Positions 19,889 through 29,778 of a DNA stretch of 64,000 nucleotides are shown here, one piece after another. The DNA lies in assembly GCA_950072105.1 (NCBI GenBank), contig CATMOE010000001.1, forward strand, positions 128,001 through 192,000, read 5' to 3'. A program made the translations under genes and the position numbers. The stretch comes from an uncultured Dehalococcoidia bacterium. Its GTDB lineage: Bacteria; Chloroflexota; Dehalococcoidia; Lucifugimonadales; UBA3495. Within the stretch, counting starts at the first letter, position 1. Each line of letters starts with the position of its first letter. The notes under the pieces are model-generated. The model saw only the letters and a list, made by a program, of their open reading frames with translations, was not told where the DNA came from and made no database searches.

Positions 19889-20242
19889 CTATTCCGCCAG
19901 GGCAGCTTCCACCGCCTTGATATTCGCGCCCACCAGCAACTTTCCATCCATGTGGACCAAGGGGCGCCGCACCAAACGGGGTTCTTGCAGCATCAAGGAC
20001 ACCATTTCCGCGTCGGAGAGCTCCTTACCCGCCAATCCCAGTTTTTTTAGGCTGGGGCTCCGGCTGGCGAACATCGCGGATATCCCAGTGCCTTGAGCCA
20101 ACTCCAACAGTTCCGATTCCGAGAACGGTTCTTTAAAGTAGTCCCTTTCTTCCAACTGGACGCCGTTTTGTAAGAGCAACTCTCTTACCTTTCGGCACGA
20201 CGATCAACGAGGCCACCAATAAAAAGAGGCAGTTTTGCTCAT
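19889..20242 (-). CDS. ArsC/Spx-family thioredoxin-fold protein, predicted selenoprotein (Sec codon at 20206-20204)
   Basis: SD GAGGA then ATG 20242 reads MSKTASFYWWPR-TGA-SSCRK (UxxC) in frame with ORF 20179; EPRLVRRP ArsC/Spx motif; perfect 7-bp hairpin downstream. Confidence 0.9.
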
Positions 20243-20327
20243 GGTTCCTCCATCTAAGGCTAAATAGATCAAGGTCCGCCGATTATCCTACTCCGTGTGA
20301 CCGGCTCCGGGATGTTGTTCGTGATGG

Positions 20328-22967
20328 TTAAGCGGGGCCCTCCGGGTTGCGAGCTTTCTGCTGCAATTCATAAAGCCGGTTTATGGCCTCCAGCGGCGTC
20401 AAGTTGGGAATGTCCAACGCCTTGACCTCGTCGGCCAGGGCCTGTGCCGGATTGAACAAATGCATCTGCAGGTCCGGCTCCCGGCGGTGGGTCTTTCGGC
20501 TGACGGGATGTCCGTCCCTGTGGTTGCTTTCCTCAAGCTCAGCCAGCACTTCCCAAGCCCGGTTCACCACGCCGTTTGGCAGCCCGGCCAGGCGGGCCAC
20601 GTGCACTCCGTAACTCTTATCGGCGCCCCCTGGAGCGATGCGGTGCAGGAAGATCACGTCGCCATCCTCCTCAGCCACCGCAACCGTGAAGTTGCGCACC
20701 CCTGGCAGGGTGTTCGCCAACTGAGTCAACTCATGATAATGGGTAGCGAAGAGGGTTTTGCAGCCCAACCGGGGGTCGTTGTGCAGATGTTCGATAACCG
20801 ATTGGGCGATGGCCATTCCGTCATAGGTGCTGGTGCCCCGGCCTATCTCATCCAACACCACCAACGACCGTGGCGTGGCCTGGTTCAAGATCGCCGCCGT
20901 CTCCACCATCTCCACCATGAAAGTTGACTGGCCGGTGGTCAGGTCGTCTTGTAGTCCAACCCGGGTGAAAATCCGGTCCACCAAGCCTATGACCGCCTGG
21001 GTAGCGGGTACGAAGCTGCCGATCTGGGCCATCAGTATGATGATTGCCGCCTGCCGTATGAATGTCGACTTTCCGGCCATGTTGGGTCCGGTGAGGACGA
21101 TAATCTTGGCGTCGCCGTTGGACAGATAAACGTCGTTGGGCACGTAGCCGCCCGGAGGCAGAACACCCTCAACCACCGGATGGCGCCCGTCCTTGATATC
21201 TATGACATCGCCCATGTCCAGACTTGGCCGGACGTAGCCGTTGCGCACCGCTATTTCCCCCAAGCCGGCAAATACATCCAGCTGGGCTATGGCGGCAGCC
21301 AATCGGGAGATGGCGGCCCCTGATTCGCTGATCTGGCGGCATACCTGCCGGTAAAGGGTTTTCTCCAACTCATCCAGGCGCTCCCGGGCGTTCAGCACCA
21401 GAGACTCATACTCTTTTAGCTCCGGTACGATATATCGTTCGGAGTTGACCAAGGTCTGACGGCGGATGTATTCCTCGGGGACCTGGGCAACATTGGCTTT
21501 GCTGACCTCGATGTAGTAACCGAACACCTGGTTATACCCGACTTTCAGGCCCCTCAACCCGGTGCGTTCCCTTTCTTTCAGTTCCAGTCCGGCAATGTAG
21601 CCCCTGGCGTCCCGGGAGGCCTTTTTAAGTTCATCCAGCTCGGGAGAAAAGCCTTCCCGAATCACGTTCCCCTCGCCCACCGCGCCGCTCGGTTCCGGTG
21701 CTATGGCGCTTTCGATCAGGGAGCCCACTTCCGGTATCGGAGACAATTCCCGGCTCAACCAGGCCATGGAAACGTCTTCGCCACCGCCAGTCTGGGAATG
21801 TTCCGTCTCCAAACCAAGGCCGAGTTGTTCCACCAGTCCGGGCACGGCATCGAGACCATGCTTTAAGGCCAGCAGCTCCCGGGGTACTACCATCCCGGCG
21901 TTTATCCGGCCCAAGATCCGCTCCATATCGGGGACTTGGGATAGAAGGGAGGAGGTATTGGCCCGGCGAAAGCCATCTTCGAAAAAGTATCCCACCGAGT
22001 CCAAACGGCGGTTCAACTCCTCCAGTTCCAGCAACGGCTGGCCCAACCAGCGGCGCATTAACCTACCGCCCATGGGTGTCTTGCTCAAGTCCAACGTTGC
22101 CAGCAATGACAATTCTTTGTTTTCCGCCCGGCCTGCCGCGAACAGCTCCAGGTTGCGCCGGGTTTGGCTGTCCAGGATCATATAATCCGAGGCGTAGTAA
22201 ACGGCCAGGTTGGCTAGTCGCAGATTGCCGGACTTTTGGGTTTCTCCCAGGTAATCTACGATGGCCCCAGCGGCCCGCACCGCCAAAGGCAGATCTTGGC
22301 ATCCGAAGGACTCAAGAGAAACAACGCCGAAGTGGTCCAACACAGCCGATTTAGCTCCTTCGTATTCGAAGCAGGACGGGTCCAAGAGAGTTGGCTCTCC
22401 ACGAATACCAGCCAATGGTGGCAGGGGAGCCGATTGGGACGGGTCATCAGGTCGGGGCGCCAGCACCTCGGAGGCGGCTATGCGTTCCAGTTCCGGAGGT
22501 AATTGGGACCGGTCGAGTTGAGCGGCGGCGAACTCGCCGGTTGTAACGTCCACGTAGGCTAATCCGGCCGAATCGCCCTCGATAACCACCGAAGCCAGGT
22601 AGTTGTTGGTATTTTGGTCGAGAAGGGACGACTCCAACACCGTGCCTGGCGTTACCACCCGCACCACTCCGCGGTCGACCAATCCCTTGGAGGCGGCCGG
22701 ATCGGTAAGTTGCTCGCAGATCGCGACCTTGTGGCCCTTTTTTACCAACCGGGCCAGGTAGTTCTCCATGGCGTGGGCGGGTACTCCGGCCATGGGAACT
22801 CTCACGTCTTTACCCATGCTCCGGGAAGTGAGGGTTATCTCCAGGTCTCTGGCGGCGACTCGAGCGTCCTCGTCAAAGGTTTCGTAGAAGTCACCCATGC
22901 GAAATAGGACGATAGCGTCAGGGAAGGAGTGTTTAATCTTGAGGTACTGGCGGCGTATCGGCGTCAC
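20328..22967 (-). CDS. mutS: DNA mismatch repair protein MutS
   Basis: GDFYETF, TGPNMAGKST, STFMVEM, DEIGRGT, FATHYHEL. Confidence 0.98.
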   Translation of the reverse strand: MTPIRRQYLKIKHSFPDAIVLFRMGDFYETFDEDARVAARDLEITLTSRSMGKDVRVPMAGVPAHAMENYLARLVKKGHKVAICEQLTDPAASKGLVDRGVVRVVTPGTVLESSLLDQNTNNYLASVVIEGDSAGLAYVDVTTGEFAAAQLDRSQLPPELERIAASEVLAPRPDDPSQSAPLPPLAGIRGEPTLLDPSCFEYEGAKSAVLDHFGVVSLESFGCQDLPLAVRAAGAIVDYLGETQKSGNLRLANLAVYYASDYMILDSQTRRNLELFAAGRAENKELSLLATLDLSKTPMGGRLMRRWLGQPLLELEELNRRLDSVGYFFEDGFRRANTSSLLSQVPDMERILGRINAGMVVPRELLALKHGLDAVPGLVEQLGLGLETEHSQTGGGEDVSMAWLSRELSPIPEVGSLIESAIAPEPSGAVGEGNVIREGFSPELDELKKASRDARGYIAGLELKERERTGLRGLKVGYNQVFGYYIEVSKANVAQVPEEYIRRQTLVNSERYIVPELKEYESLVLNARERLDELEKTLYRQVCRQISESGAAISRLAAAIAQLDVFAGLGEIAVRNGYVRPSLDMGDVIDIKDGRHPVVEGVLPPGGYVPNDVYLSNGDAKIIVLTGPNMAGKSTFIRQAAIIILMAQIGSFVPATQAVIGLVDRIFTRVGLQDDLTTGQSTFMVEMVETAAILNQATPRSLVVLDEIGRGTSTYDGMAIAQSVIEHLHNDPRLGCKTLFATHYHELTQLANTLPGVRNFTVAVAEEDGDVIFLHRIAPGGADKSYGVHVARLAGLPNGVVNRAWEVLAELEESNHRDGHPVSRKTHRREPDLQMHLFNPAQALADEVKALDIPNLTPLEAINRLYELQQKARNPEGPA

Positions 22968-23069
22968 TGTCCACCCGTGCCCAGCGGTTTACACCAGTCA
23001 TTCTACCCCACCCGGAGCCCGCTAAGATACCGTAAGTTGGCGACGATGCCGCTACGATCGCCGGAGATC

Positions 23070-23099
23070 AAAAAACCGGGGGCGTTTCGGCCCCCGGCT
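23070..23099 (-). terminator. Intrinsic terminator downstream of fpr-like gene
   Basis: CCGGGGGC...GCCCCCGG stem followed by a T run on the minus strand. Confidence 0.8.
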
Positions 23100-23133
23100 A
23101 TCCAAGTCTGGGAAGGTTGCTTGATGAAGCCGG

Positions 23134-23901
23134 CTATTCTTTCCAGAACCGTTCTTCTTTGAACATCCACCCCTTGGGAACAACCTTGTCCTTCACGTCG
23201 GAGATCATACCCGGGTGGCCGCAGGCGTATAACATGGTATCGTCCTGGGGCAGATTCAACCGCTCCAGGACATCCTCGGCTATTGCGTTTGCCCGGCCTT
23301 TGGCCCCATCCCACCCGGCATTCCGGTCTTCATTGGGACGGCTGACCGTGGGGACAAACTGAATGTGGTCCGGATATTTTGCCGCGAACTCCGCCAATTC
23401 TTTGTCGTAAACAAACTCGTCCTGATAGCTGGCACCCATAAGCACGTAGAACTTGTGGTCGCGGATACCCTCGTTCACGTAGCTGCGGATCATGCCGATC
23501 GAGGGTGCTACTCCGGTGACCGTGGACACCATGAAGTGATGGTGGACATTAGGGTCCATGATGAACAGACCCTTTGCCCGGGGACGGACCGACATCTGGT
23601 CGCCGATCTTCATCCGGTGCATCCGGGGCGTTAGCTCTCCTTCCGGCACCACTTCAACGAAAATCTCCAGTAAGGGCTCGTGGGGAGCGGATACGATGGA
23701 ATAAGCCCGTTCGATCCCTTCCAGACCGAGCGTACAGTATTGTCCGGCTTTGAACTTGAGGGGCCCCTGCTCCGGCTCTAGCTTGATCACAAACAAGTCT
23801 TCGGTGATATCGGTGCGCTCCACCAGAGTCGCTTTGGGCAGGTTAGGAAGCGCCCTCACTCTGGGTGATTGGGCGCTACCTCCGGTTGACTGGCTTACCA
23901 T
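23134..23901 (-). CDS. fpr: Ferredoxin/flavodoxin-NADP+ reductase
   Basis: RAYSIVS, GELTP, TGVAP, YACGHPGMI, EERFW. Confidence 0.88.
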   Translation of the reverse strand: MVSQSTGGSAQSPRVRALPNLPKATLVERTDITEDLFVIKLEPEQGPLKFKAGQYCTLGLEGIERAYSIVSAPHEPLLEIFVEVVPEGELTPRMHRMKIGDQMSVRPRAKGLFIMDPNVHHHFMVSTVTGVAPSIGMIRSYVNEGIRDHKFYVLMGASYQDEFVYDKELAEFAAKYPDHIQFVPTVSRPNEDRNAGWDGAKGRANAIAEDVLERLNLPQDDTMLYACGHPGMISDVKDKVVPKGWMFKEERFWKE

Positions 23902-24054
23902 CAAGAACTCCTTAGATCGGCTAACGACATCTGTCGTACCCACGAACTACCAAGTTTACCCCAAAGGCGATCAAGCCGATTCATGCACCCGAACGGGCGG
24001 ATAAATAAATTGGTTCAACCCCAATGGCCGAAACCAAACCTCTTTGCCGGCCTG

Positions 24055-26895
24055 TTAGCTCGAGCCGTTGCTTCCGGCTTTCACCACCTTGGCGGGCCGA
24101 ATATCCAAACCCGGAACATTAGATGCCGGGTCAGGGTCTTTACTGTCTTGCAAGTCCACCGCCAACTGGCCGAATAACGAAGTGACGGCAACGACTCCCG
24201 GTGGGACCGAATCAACCAACCGGGCCTGCCCCGTCAGGTCGCCTCTCTGGGTGAGCACCTCAACTTCATCCCCTTCGCCGATCGACCACGCGGCGGCGTC
24301 GGAGGCGTTCAACTCCACCCACTCCTGCCGCTGTATGCGGTTTCGCTTTCCTTCGATGATTTCCATGTCCCGATGGTTCTGCAGCAGAACCCGCCCTGGA
24401 ACCAATAAGAATGGATATTCGGAATCGTCGGCCGGCTCGGCAGCCCGGAATTCGGGAGTGGCCGGGTCGGCTTTCCTTTCTTGGAAACCTTCAACGTACA
24501 ATGTTTCGGTACCCGGGGCGCCGGGTTCTTGGCAGGGCCACTGGATACCTCGGTATTCCCTGCTGGAATGGAGTACTTGGGTTGGCTGGGGGCTTTCCAG
24601 ATTGGTCCTTAGAACCAAACGGCTTTCCTCTTCCAGGCGCTTGTAGGACACCCCCGCGTAGATGGGACTCAGGCGGGCGATCTCGTCCATGACTTGACTG
24701 GGCGAATGGTGGTCGAACCCCGATGCTCCCATTCGACGGGCCAATTCGCAGATCACCCAGCTTTCCGGACGGGAGTCGTTGTTCTTCACTTGAATGGAAG
24801 CCGTTAGCCGTTGAACCCGGCGTTCCAAGTTGGTGAATGTCCCCTCTTTCTCAGCGAAAGTAACTCTGGGCAAAACGACGTCGGCGATCTCGGCCACCGG
24901 ACTCAAAAAGGTGTCGTGAACCACCAAAAAGTTCAACTCCCGCAGAGCCGACAGCCCATCGCCCAACTTTCCATTGCTGAAATTGGCGCTGTCGCCAATC
25001 ACCATCATTGCCTTGATACGTCCTTCGGCAGCTCCACGGATGGCTGCGGCCAGGCCAAGCCCCGGATTGGACGGCAATGTGATTCCCCAGGCTTCCTCGA
25101 ACATTTGACGGGCATTTTCGTCGCCAACCGGCTGGTAACCGGGAAGCCGCCCAGGCACGCAGCCAACGTCCCAGGCCCCCTGCTCGTTGGCCCCTTGCCT
25201 CATGGGATAGATGCCGGACCCCGGTTTCCCTAGATTGCCGGTCACTAACACCAAGTCGATCAACGCCCGGACACAGTCCTGCCTTAAATCAACCGAGACG
25301 TTGTCCAGAGCGTAGACCACCGACGCCGATTCAGCTTGGCCGTAAAGCCGGGCGGCCTCCGCGATGTCATCCAGCGAAACTTGGGTTATCTGGACGATCT
25401 GGTCCATGTCCAGATTATGCAGCGCGTAGTGGACCGTTGACGGACTTTCACAGTTCTCTTCCAGCCACTCGGGATTTTCCAATCCTTGGTCGATCAAAGA
25501 CCGGAGTACGCCACCAAGGAGGAGCAGTTCGGTTCCGGGCGCCGGACGCAACCAGACATCAGCGTAACGGGTCAACTCCACTTCTCGAGAATCGATGACC
25601 ACCAGTTTGGTGTCGCGCTTGGCGGCCCGTTTGATCGGCACGCCAACTACGTTGTGTTCTTCGGTAACGTTGGAGTTGAACACCAAGATGCAACCAGAAT
25701 TCTCAAGGTCCCAGATAGGATTGGTGGCCGCGGCGTAGCCAAGGGCGTTCTCCAAGGCTTCGACCAACTCCGGTTGCACATTAGATGTTTGGTCCACGTT
25801 ATTGGTGTTCATCACCACTCGGGCGAATTTTTGGCCCAGATAGTGCTCTTCGTTGGTGCTCTGAGGCGAAGTAAGCAGGGCGAACGTGTCGCCCGTATAC
25901 TCGGAAAATCTGGTCGATACCAGGTCCAGGGCATCTTCCCAGGTAGCCTCTTCCAGTACTCCGTTGCGGCGGATTAACGGTTTGCGCAACCGATCGGAGC
26001 TGTTGACGTACTCCAGGCCGAATTTGCCTTTGAAACAGGCCTGGCCCCGGTTGGCCGGCGAGTTGAGGTCTGGTACGGCCCGAATGAAACGGCCTGCGGA
26101 GTTAATCTCCAGGTTGAGCTGGCAGCCAACGGGACAATGGGGACAGATGGTGCGCTCAACTCGGGCTGCTTTCTCCCACTTGTGGTCACGTTCCACCAGA
26201 GCGCCCACCGGGCAGACATCTATGCAGGCGCCGCAGAACTCACACCCCGATTCCAGCAGAGACGTCCCGAACGATGTGCCCACCAGCGCGGAGCCGCTCC
26301 TCTCTGTGAAACAGATCGCGTCGTCGCCCCGCAGTTCCTCGCAAGCCCGGACGCAACGGCCGCAGACGATGCACAGGTTGTAATCACGGTCGTAGAAGGG
26401 GTCGGCGACTTCCAAGGGAATCTGGCGGTACTTGTAATCCAGGGGTGACTCCAGGTTCATGCCCAAGTAGCGGACGGTGTCCTTGAGCTCGCACCGCTCG
26501 TTCTTGGGACAGGTGACGCACCGGTCGTTGACCGAAACGTGGCGGAGACATACGTCGTTTGGTCCGCATATTTCGACCCGGTGGCAGGTAAGACAACCGT
26601 CGGGATGCTCTGCGATGAGCATCTCCATCACCGACCGGCGCAACTCCAGAACGTCGGGGACTTCGTTGCGGATCTTCATGCCGTCCGCGACTGGTTGGAC
26701 ACAGGCGGCGGGATAACCGCGGCCTCCTTCAACGCCGACCACGCACATCCGGCAGGCGGCAAAGGGCTTCATGCCGGGATGGTAGCAAAGATACGGGATG
26801 TACACCCCGGCTTCGATAGCCGCTTCCAGGATCATCTTCCCTGGTTGGGTGATTATCTCAACCCCATCAATGGAGATGGTTATGTCATCTGCCAT
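24055..26895 (-). CDS. FdhA/NuoG-like Fe-S molybdopterin-oxidoreductase-family subunit lacking the Mo-ligand Cys/Sec
   Basis: N-terminal 2Fe-2S, His-ligated 4Fe-4S, 2x[4Fe-4S] and CPHCPVGC cluster; NNVDQTSNVQ replaces NNVDxCxRx[C/U]H. Confidence 0.88.
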   Translation of the reverse strand: MADDITISIDGVEIITQPGKMILEAAIEAGVYIPYLCYHPGMKPFAACRMCVVGVEGGRGYPAACVQPVADGMKIRNEVPDVLELRRSVMEMLIAEHPDGCLTCHRVEICGPNDVCLRHVSVNDRCVTCPKNERCELKDTVRYLGMNLESPLDYKYRQIPLEVADPFYDRDYNLCIVCGRCVRACEELRGDDAICFTERSGSALVGTSFGTSLLESGCEFCGACIDVCPVGALVERDHKWEKAARVERTICPHCPVGCQLNLEINSAGRFIRAVPDLNSPANRGQACFKGKFGLEYVNSSDRLRKPLIRRNGVLEEATWEDALDLVSTRFSEYTGDTFALLTSPQSTNEEHYLGQKFARVVMNTNNVDQTSNVQPELVEALENALGYAAATNPIWDLENSGCILVFNSNVTEEHNVVGVPIKRAAKRDTKLVVIDSREVELTRYADVWLRPAPGTELLLLGGVLRSLIDQGLENPEWLEENCESPSTVHYALHNLDMDQIVQITQVSLDDIAEAARLYGQAESASVVYALDNVSVDLRQDCVRALIDLVLVTGNLGKPGSGIYPMRQGANEQGAWDVGCVPGRLPGYQPVGDENARQMFEEAWGITLPSNPGLGLAAAIRGAAEGRIKAMMVIGDSANFSNGKLGDGLSALRELNFLVVHDTFLSPVAEIADVVLPRVTFAEKEGTFTNLERRVQRLTASIQVKNNDSRPESWVICELARRMGASGFDHHSPSQVMDEIARLSPIYAGVSYKRLEEESRLVLRTNLESPQPTQVLHSSREYRGIQWPCQEPGAPGTETLYVEGFQERKADPATPEFRAAEPADDSEYPFLLVPGRVLLQNHRDMEIIEGKRNRIQRQEWVELNASDAAAWSIGEGDEVEVLTQRGDLTGQARLVDSVPPGVVAVTSLFGQLAVDLQDSKDPDPASNVPGLDIRPAKVVKAGSNGSS

Positions 26896-26917
26896 GGATA
26901 CTACTCCGGTCCGTTTT

Positions 26918-27365
26918 CACCGCAGAGACGCGGAGGATATTATGAGTTCCCATTATTCATCCAATCCTAAAACGACCCTTTTTATACCTTGTTTCAATGC
27001 CGCTACGTTGAAGTTCATCAACAGCCCTACTTTCCATCCGCCAAGCCTTAAGTAGGTTAACAGTTGAGCTTGGTGAATAGGTAATAATCGGTCGACCGCT
27101 TTTATCTCGACAACAACCGTGCCAGCAACTAGCAGATCTAGCCGGTAACCGCAGTCCAGCCTTATGCGTTTGTAGTTTACAGGCAGATGACGTTGCCGAT
27201 CGAACTGAATTTTTCGCAAATCTAATTCCCTGCACAAACATTCCTCGTAAGCAGATTCAAGAAGTCCCGGCCCAAGCGCCCGGTGAACTTCTATACCAGC
27301 TCCAATCACGGTTTGTGTAACCTCGTTTACACTAACCACTCTGCGAACTCCGCGCCTCTGCGGTG
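26918..27365. mobile_element. Putative small inserted element: GxxExxY gene between 18-bp inverted repeats
   Basis: CACCGCAGAGACGCGGAG (26918-26935) versus reverse complement of 27348-27365, CACCGCAGAGGCGCGGAG (17/18); visibly more AT-rich than flanks; interrupts the nuoF-like/fdhA-like operon. Confidence 0.6.
26953..27339 (-). CDS. GxxExxY protein (PD-(D/E)xK nuclease-like)
   Basis: [35 protein letters not shown]. Confidence 0.93.
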   Translation of the reverse strand: MVSVNEVTQTVIGAGIEVHRALGPGLLESAYEECLCRELDLRKIQFDRQRHLPVNYKRIRLDCGYRLDLLVAGTVVVEIKAVDRLLPIHQAQLLTYLRLGGWKVGLLMNFNVAALKQGIKRVVLGLDE

Positions 27366-27376
27366 TATCTGTCGCG

Positions 27377-29110
27377 TCACCTGCGGCTAGACACTGGCGA
27401 GAATCGGGGGGCCGAGCACACTTCGGTGGGGCAGCGCCGGTTCAGGATGTGGGTTTCAAACTCTTCGCCGAAATAACGCAAGGCCGAGGCCACCGGGTTG
27501 AAACCGAGTTGGCCGTGCCCGCAAAGGGAACCGGCCTGCATATCTTGACCCACTTTACGCATCAGGTCCAAGTCCTCTGGAACACCCTCCAAACGGCAGA
27601 TCCGCTCCAGCACCTCTAACAAGTGGCTCATCCCCATCCGGCAGGGGAAGCATTTCCCGCAGGACTCGTACTGGCAGAAAGCGATGAGGGCCCTGGTTAA
27701 GTCGACGACACAATTGTCTTCATCGGCGGCGATGACTCCCCCTGAGCCCAGAATAGCACCGGCGGTTCTCAGAATATCAAAGTCCAGCACGATGTCTATG
27801 TTATCGGCGCCCAGCACTCCACCCAACGGCCCGCCGGTCTGCACAAATTTCAGCGCCTTTCCGTCCGGAACGCCTCCGGCCGCCTGGTACAGCACGTCCT
27901 TCAGATTGATGCCCAGAGGCACTTCAATCATACCCGTGTATTTCAGGTCGCCGGTCAGGCAGATTATTACGGTTCCAGTGCTCTTGTCATGGCCGATACC
28001 GGCAAACCACTCGCCTCCCTTGGCGATAATTTCCGGGACGTATGCCAAGGTCTTCACGTTATTGATGTTACTGGGTTTGCCGAACAGACCGACCGCCGCC
28101 GGAAAGGGCGGGCGGTATCGGGGCATCGCCCTTTTCCCTTCGATGGCCTCCATCAGGGCGCTCTCCTCTCCGGCCACATAGGAGTCGCCGGTCAAGGCCA
28201 CTTCCAGATGGAAACTGAAATCGGATCCGAGGATGTTCTCACCTAAGAAGCCCATTTCCTGGGCCTGGACGACAGCGGCTCGAGCCCGGTCTATGGGTCC
28301 GTCGTGGCCGTGACGGATAAATATATAGGCGTGGCTGGTGCCCGTAGCGTAGCCCGCCAGAATTATCCCTTCAACCAAAGTCTGTGGGTCGCTCTCCAGA
28401 ATAGCTTTGTCGTTGAAGGCCCCCGGGTCCCCCTCTTCGCAGTTGCAGAGTATGTATTTCTGCGGCGCGTTGGATCCGGCTAGGAACCCCCATTTCACAC
28501 CCGTGGGGAAAGCCGCGCCGCCTCGGCCTCGCAGACCCGAGGTTTTCACGTCCTCCAGAACCTCTTCCGGAGTCATCTCCGTCAAGGCCCGGTTCAAGGC
28601 GTGGTAACCACCGTAGGCGATGTACTGATGGATGTCCCCAGGGTCGATGGTCCCGGCGTTTCGCAGCGCCACCCGATTCTCCAGCACCCGCATGGGATGT
28701 TGGTTAAGATCCGGTATCCCGGCCAATGTGGAATCAACTTCCTCATCCGGCCCGCCGGCCGCCAGGTAGCCAAGCGCCAAGTGAGCCAGCGGGCTTCCTC
28801 CGGCAACATGATTAGACACGATCTCGGCAGCCATATCAGGGGTCACATTGCCGTAAAAAACCCTTGGTCCGCCGGGAAGCTGGACATCCACCAGCGGTTC
28901 CGCGAAGCATAGGCCCAAGCAACCCACCTGACTCAGCTGGGCGGCAACGCCGTTCTGCTCCAAAGCAGCTTCGATGCTTGCGATAACGGCGTCGCATCCG
29001 GCGGCCTTCCCGCAAAGGGCCGTACCGACCCTTATCCAAGGCTGGCCTCCGGCAGTTAACTCCTCCCAGCGCTGCTGGCTTTCGGCGGCAATCTCCTCGA
29101 AACTAGCCAT
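27377..29110 (-). CDS. NuoF/HydB-like FMN/NADH-binding subunit with N-terminal thioredoxin-like 2Fe-2S domain
   Basis: [50 protein letters not shown]. Confidence 0.92.
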   Translation of the reverse strand: MASFEEIAAESQQRWEELTAGGQPWIRVGTALCGKAAGCDAVIASIEAALEQNGVAAQLSQVGCLGLCFAEPLVDVQLPGGPRVFYGNVTPDMAAEIVSNHVAGGSPLAHLALGYLAAGGPDEEVDSTLAGIPDLNQHPMRVLENRVALRNAGTIDPGDIHQYIAYGGYHALNRALTEMTPEEVLEDVKTSGLRGRGGAAFPTGVKWGFLAGSNAPQKYILCNCEEGDPGAFNDKAILESDPQTLVEGIILAGYATGTSHAYIFIRHGHDGPIDRARAAVVQAQEMGFLGENILGSDFSFHLEVALTGDSYVAGEESALMEAIEGKRAMPRYRPPFPAAVGLFGKPSNINNVKTLAYVPEIIAKGGEWFAGIGHDKSTGTVIICLTGDLKYTGMIEVPLGINLKDVLYQAAGGVPDGKALKFVQTGGPLGGVLGADNIDIVLDFDILRTAGAILGSGGVIAADEDNCVVDLTRALIAFCQYESCGKCFPCRMGMSHLLEVLERICRLEGVPEDLDLMRKVGQDMQAGSLCGHGQLGFNPVASALRYFGEEFETHILNRRCPTEVCSAPRFSPVSSRR

Positions 29111-29576
29111 TCTGTTCCGCCAGCAATTCAGCGATCCTTGCCTTGGCTGATTCCGGAGTCGCGCGGCCGATCAAGTGATGGTCGATAGCCATTACCGGGG
29201 CTTGGGAGCAGGCGCCCAGGCAGGTGTTGTAGCGGAGTGTCAGCCGCCCGTCGGAAGTATCGCCTTCCGTTTCAAGGCCGCTGGCCTGCAACGCCGCCTC
29301 GATCAGCGGCATGGCGCCGACCAAGTGGCAAGAAGCGCCCCAACACACCTCAACCTGGTGCAAGCACGGTGGTTCGAAACGAAAGTTGGGATAGAAGGAC
29401 GCAACCGCCCAGACTTCATTGATAGTGGAACTGGTGAAAGCCGCTACCTCTTCAATCCCTTGTTTGGGGATGAAGCCAAGTTCGTCCTGGACGGCTAGAA
29501 GGGTGGAAAGAACGGTGACAGTGGGCTGGGATTGGCGGTGCATCGCGTCGGCTATGCGGGGTTTCAGCCCATCCAT
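29103..29576 (-). CDS. NuoE/HydC-like 2Fe-2S subunit
   Basis: VASFY, VCWGASC, CLGACSQAP. Confidence 0.92.
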   Translation of the reverse strand: MDGLKPRIADAMHRQSQPTVTVLSTLLAVQDELGFIPKQGIEEVAAFTSSTINEVWAVASFYPNFRFEPPCLHQVEVCWGASCHLVGAMPLIEAALQASGLETEGDTSDGRLTLRYNTCLGACSQAPVMAIDHHLIGRATPESAKARIAELLAEQNG

Positions 29577-29714
29577 TTACCGGGCTCCCATGAAAAAGTT
29601 GATAGAGGAGGTTGAACCAAAATCATGGACTTCGTGAATTTGGTAACAATCCGGATTTATGGTACCACAGCCCCAATTGGCGTTCAATCGAATGGCACTC
29701 AGCTTACACGAAAT

Positions 29715-29741
29715 AAGGGGCGGGAAAAACGCCGCCCCTTT
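29715..29741. terminator. Probable terminator hairpin downstream of UGSC gene
   Basis: AAGGGGCGG...CCGCCCCTT. Confidence 0.6.
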
Positions 29742-29778
29742 GGACGCCAAGTTGAAACCTGCGGCCAGATTTAGAAGG

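Noticed and set aside
25760..25820. Selenocysteine in the FdhA-like subunit
   Set aside because: The frame is open with no UGA; the ligand position is simply substituted.
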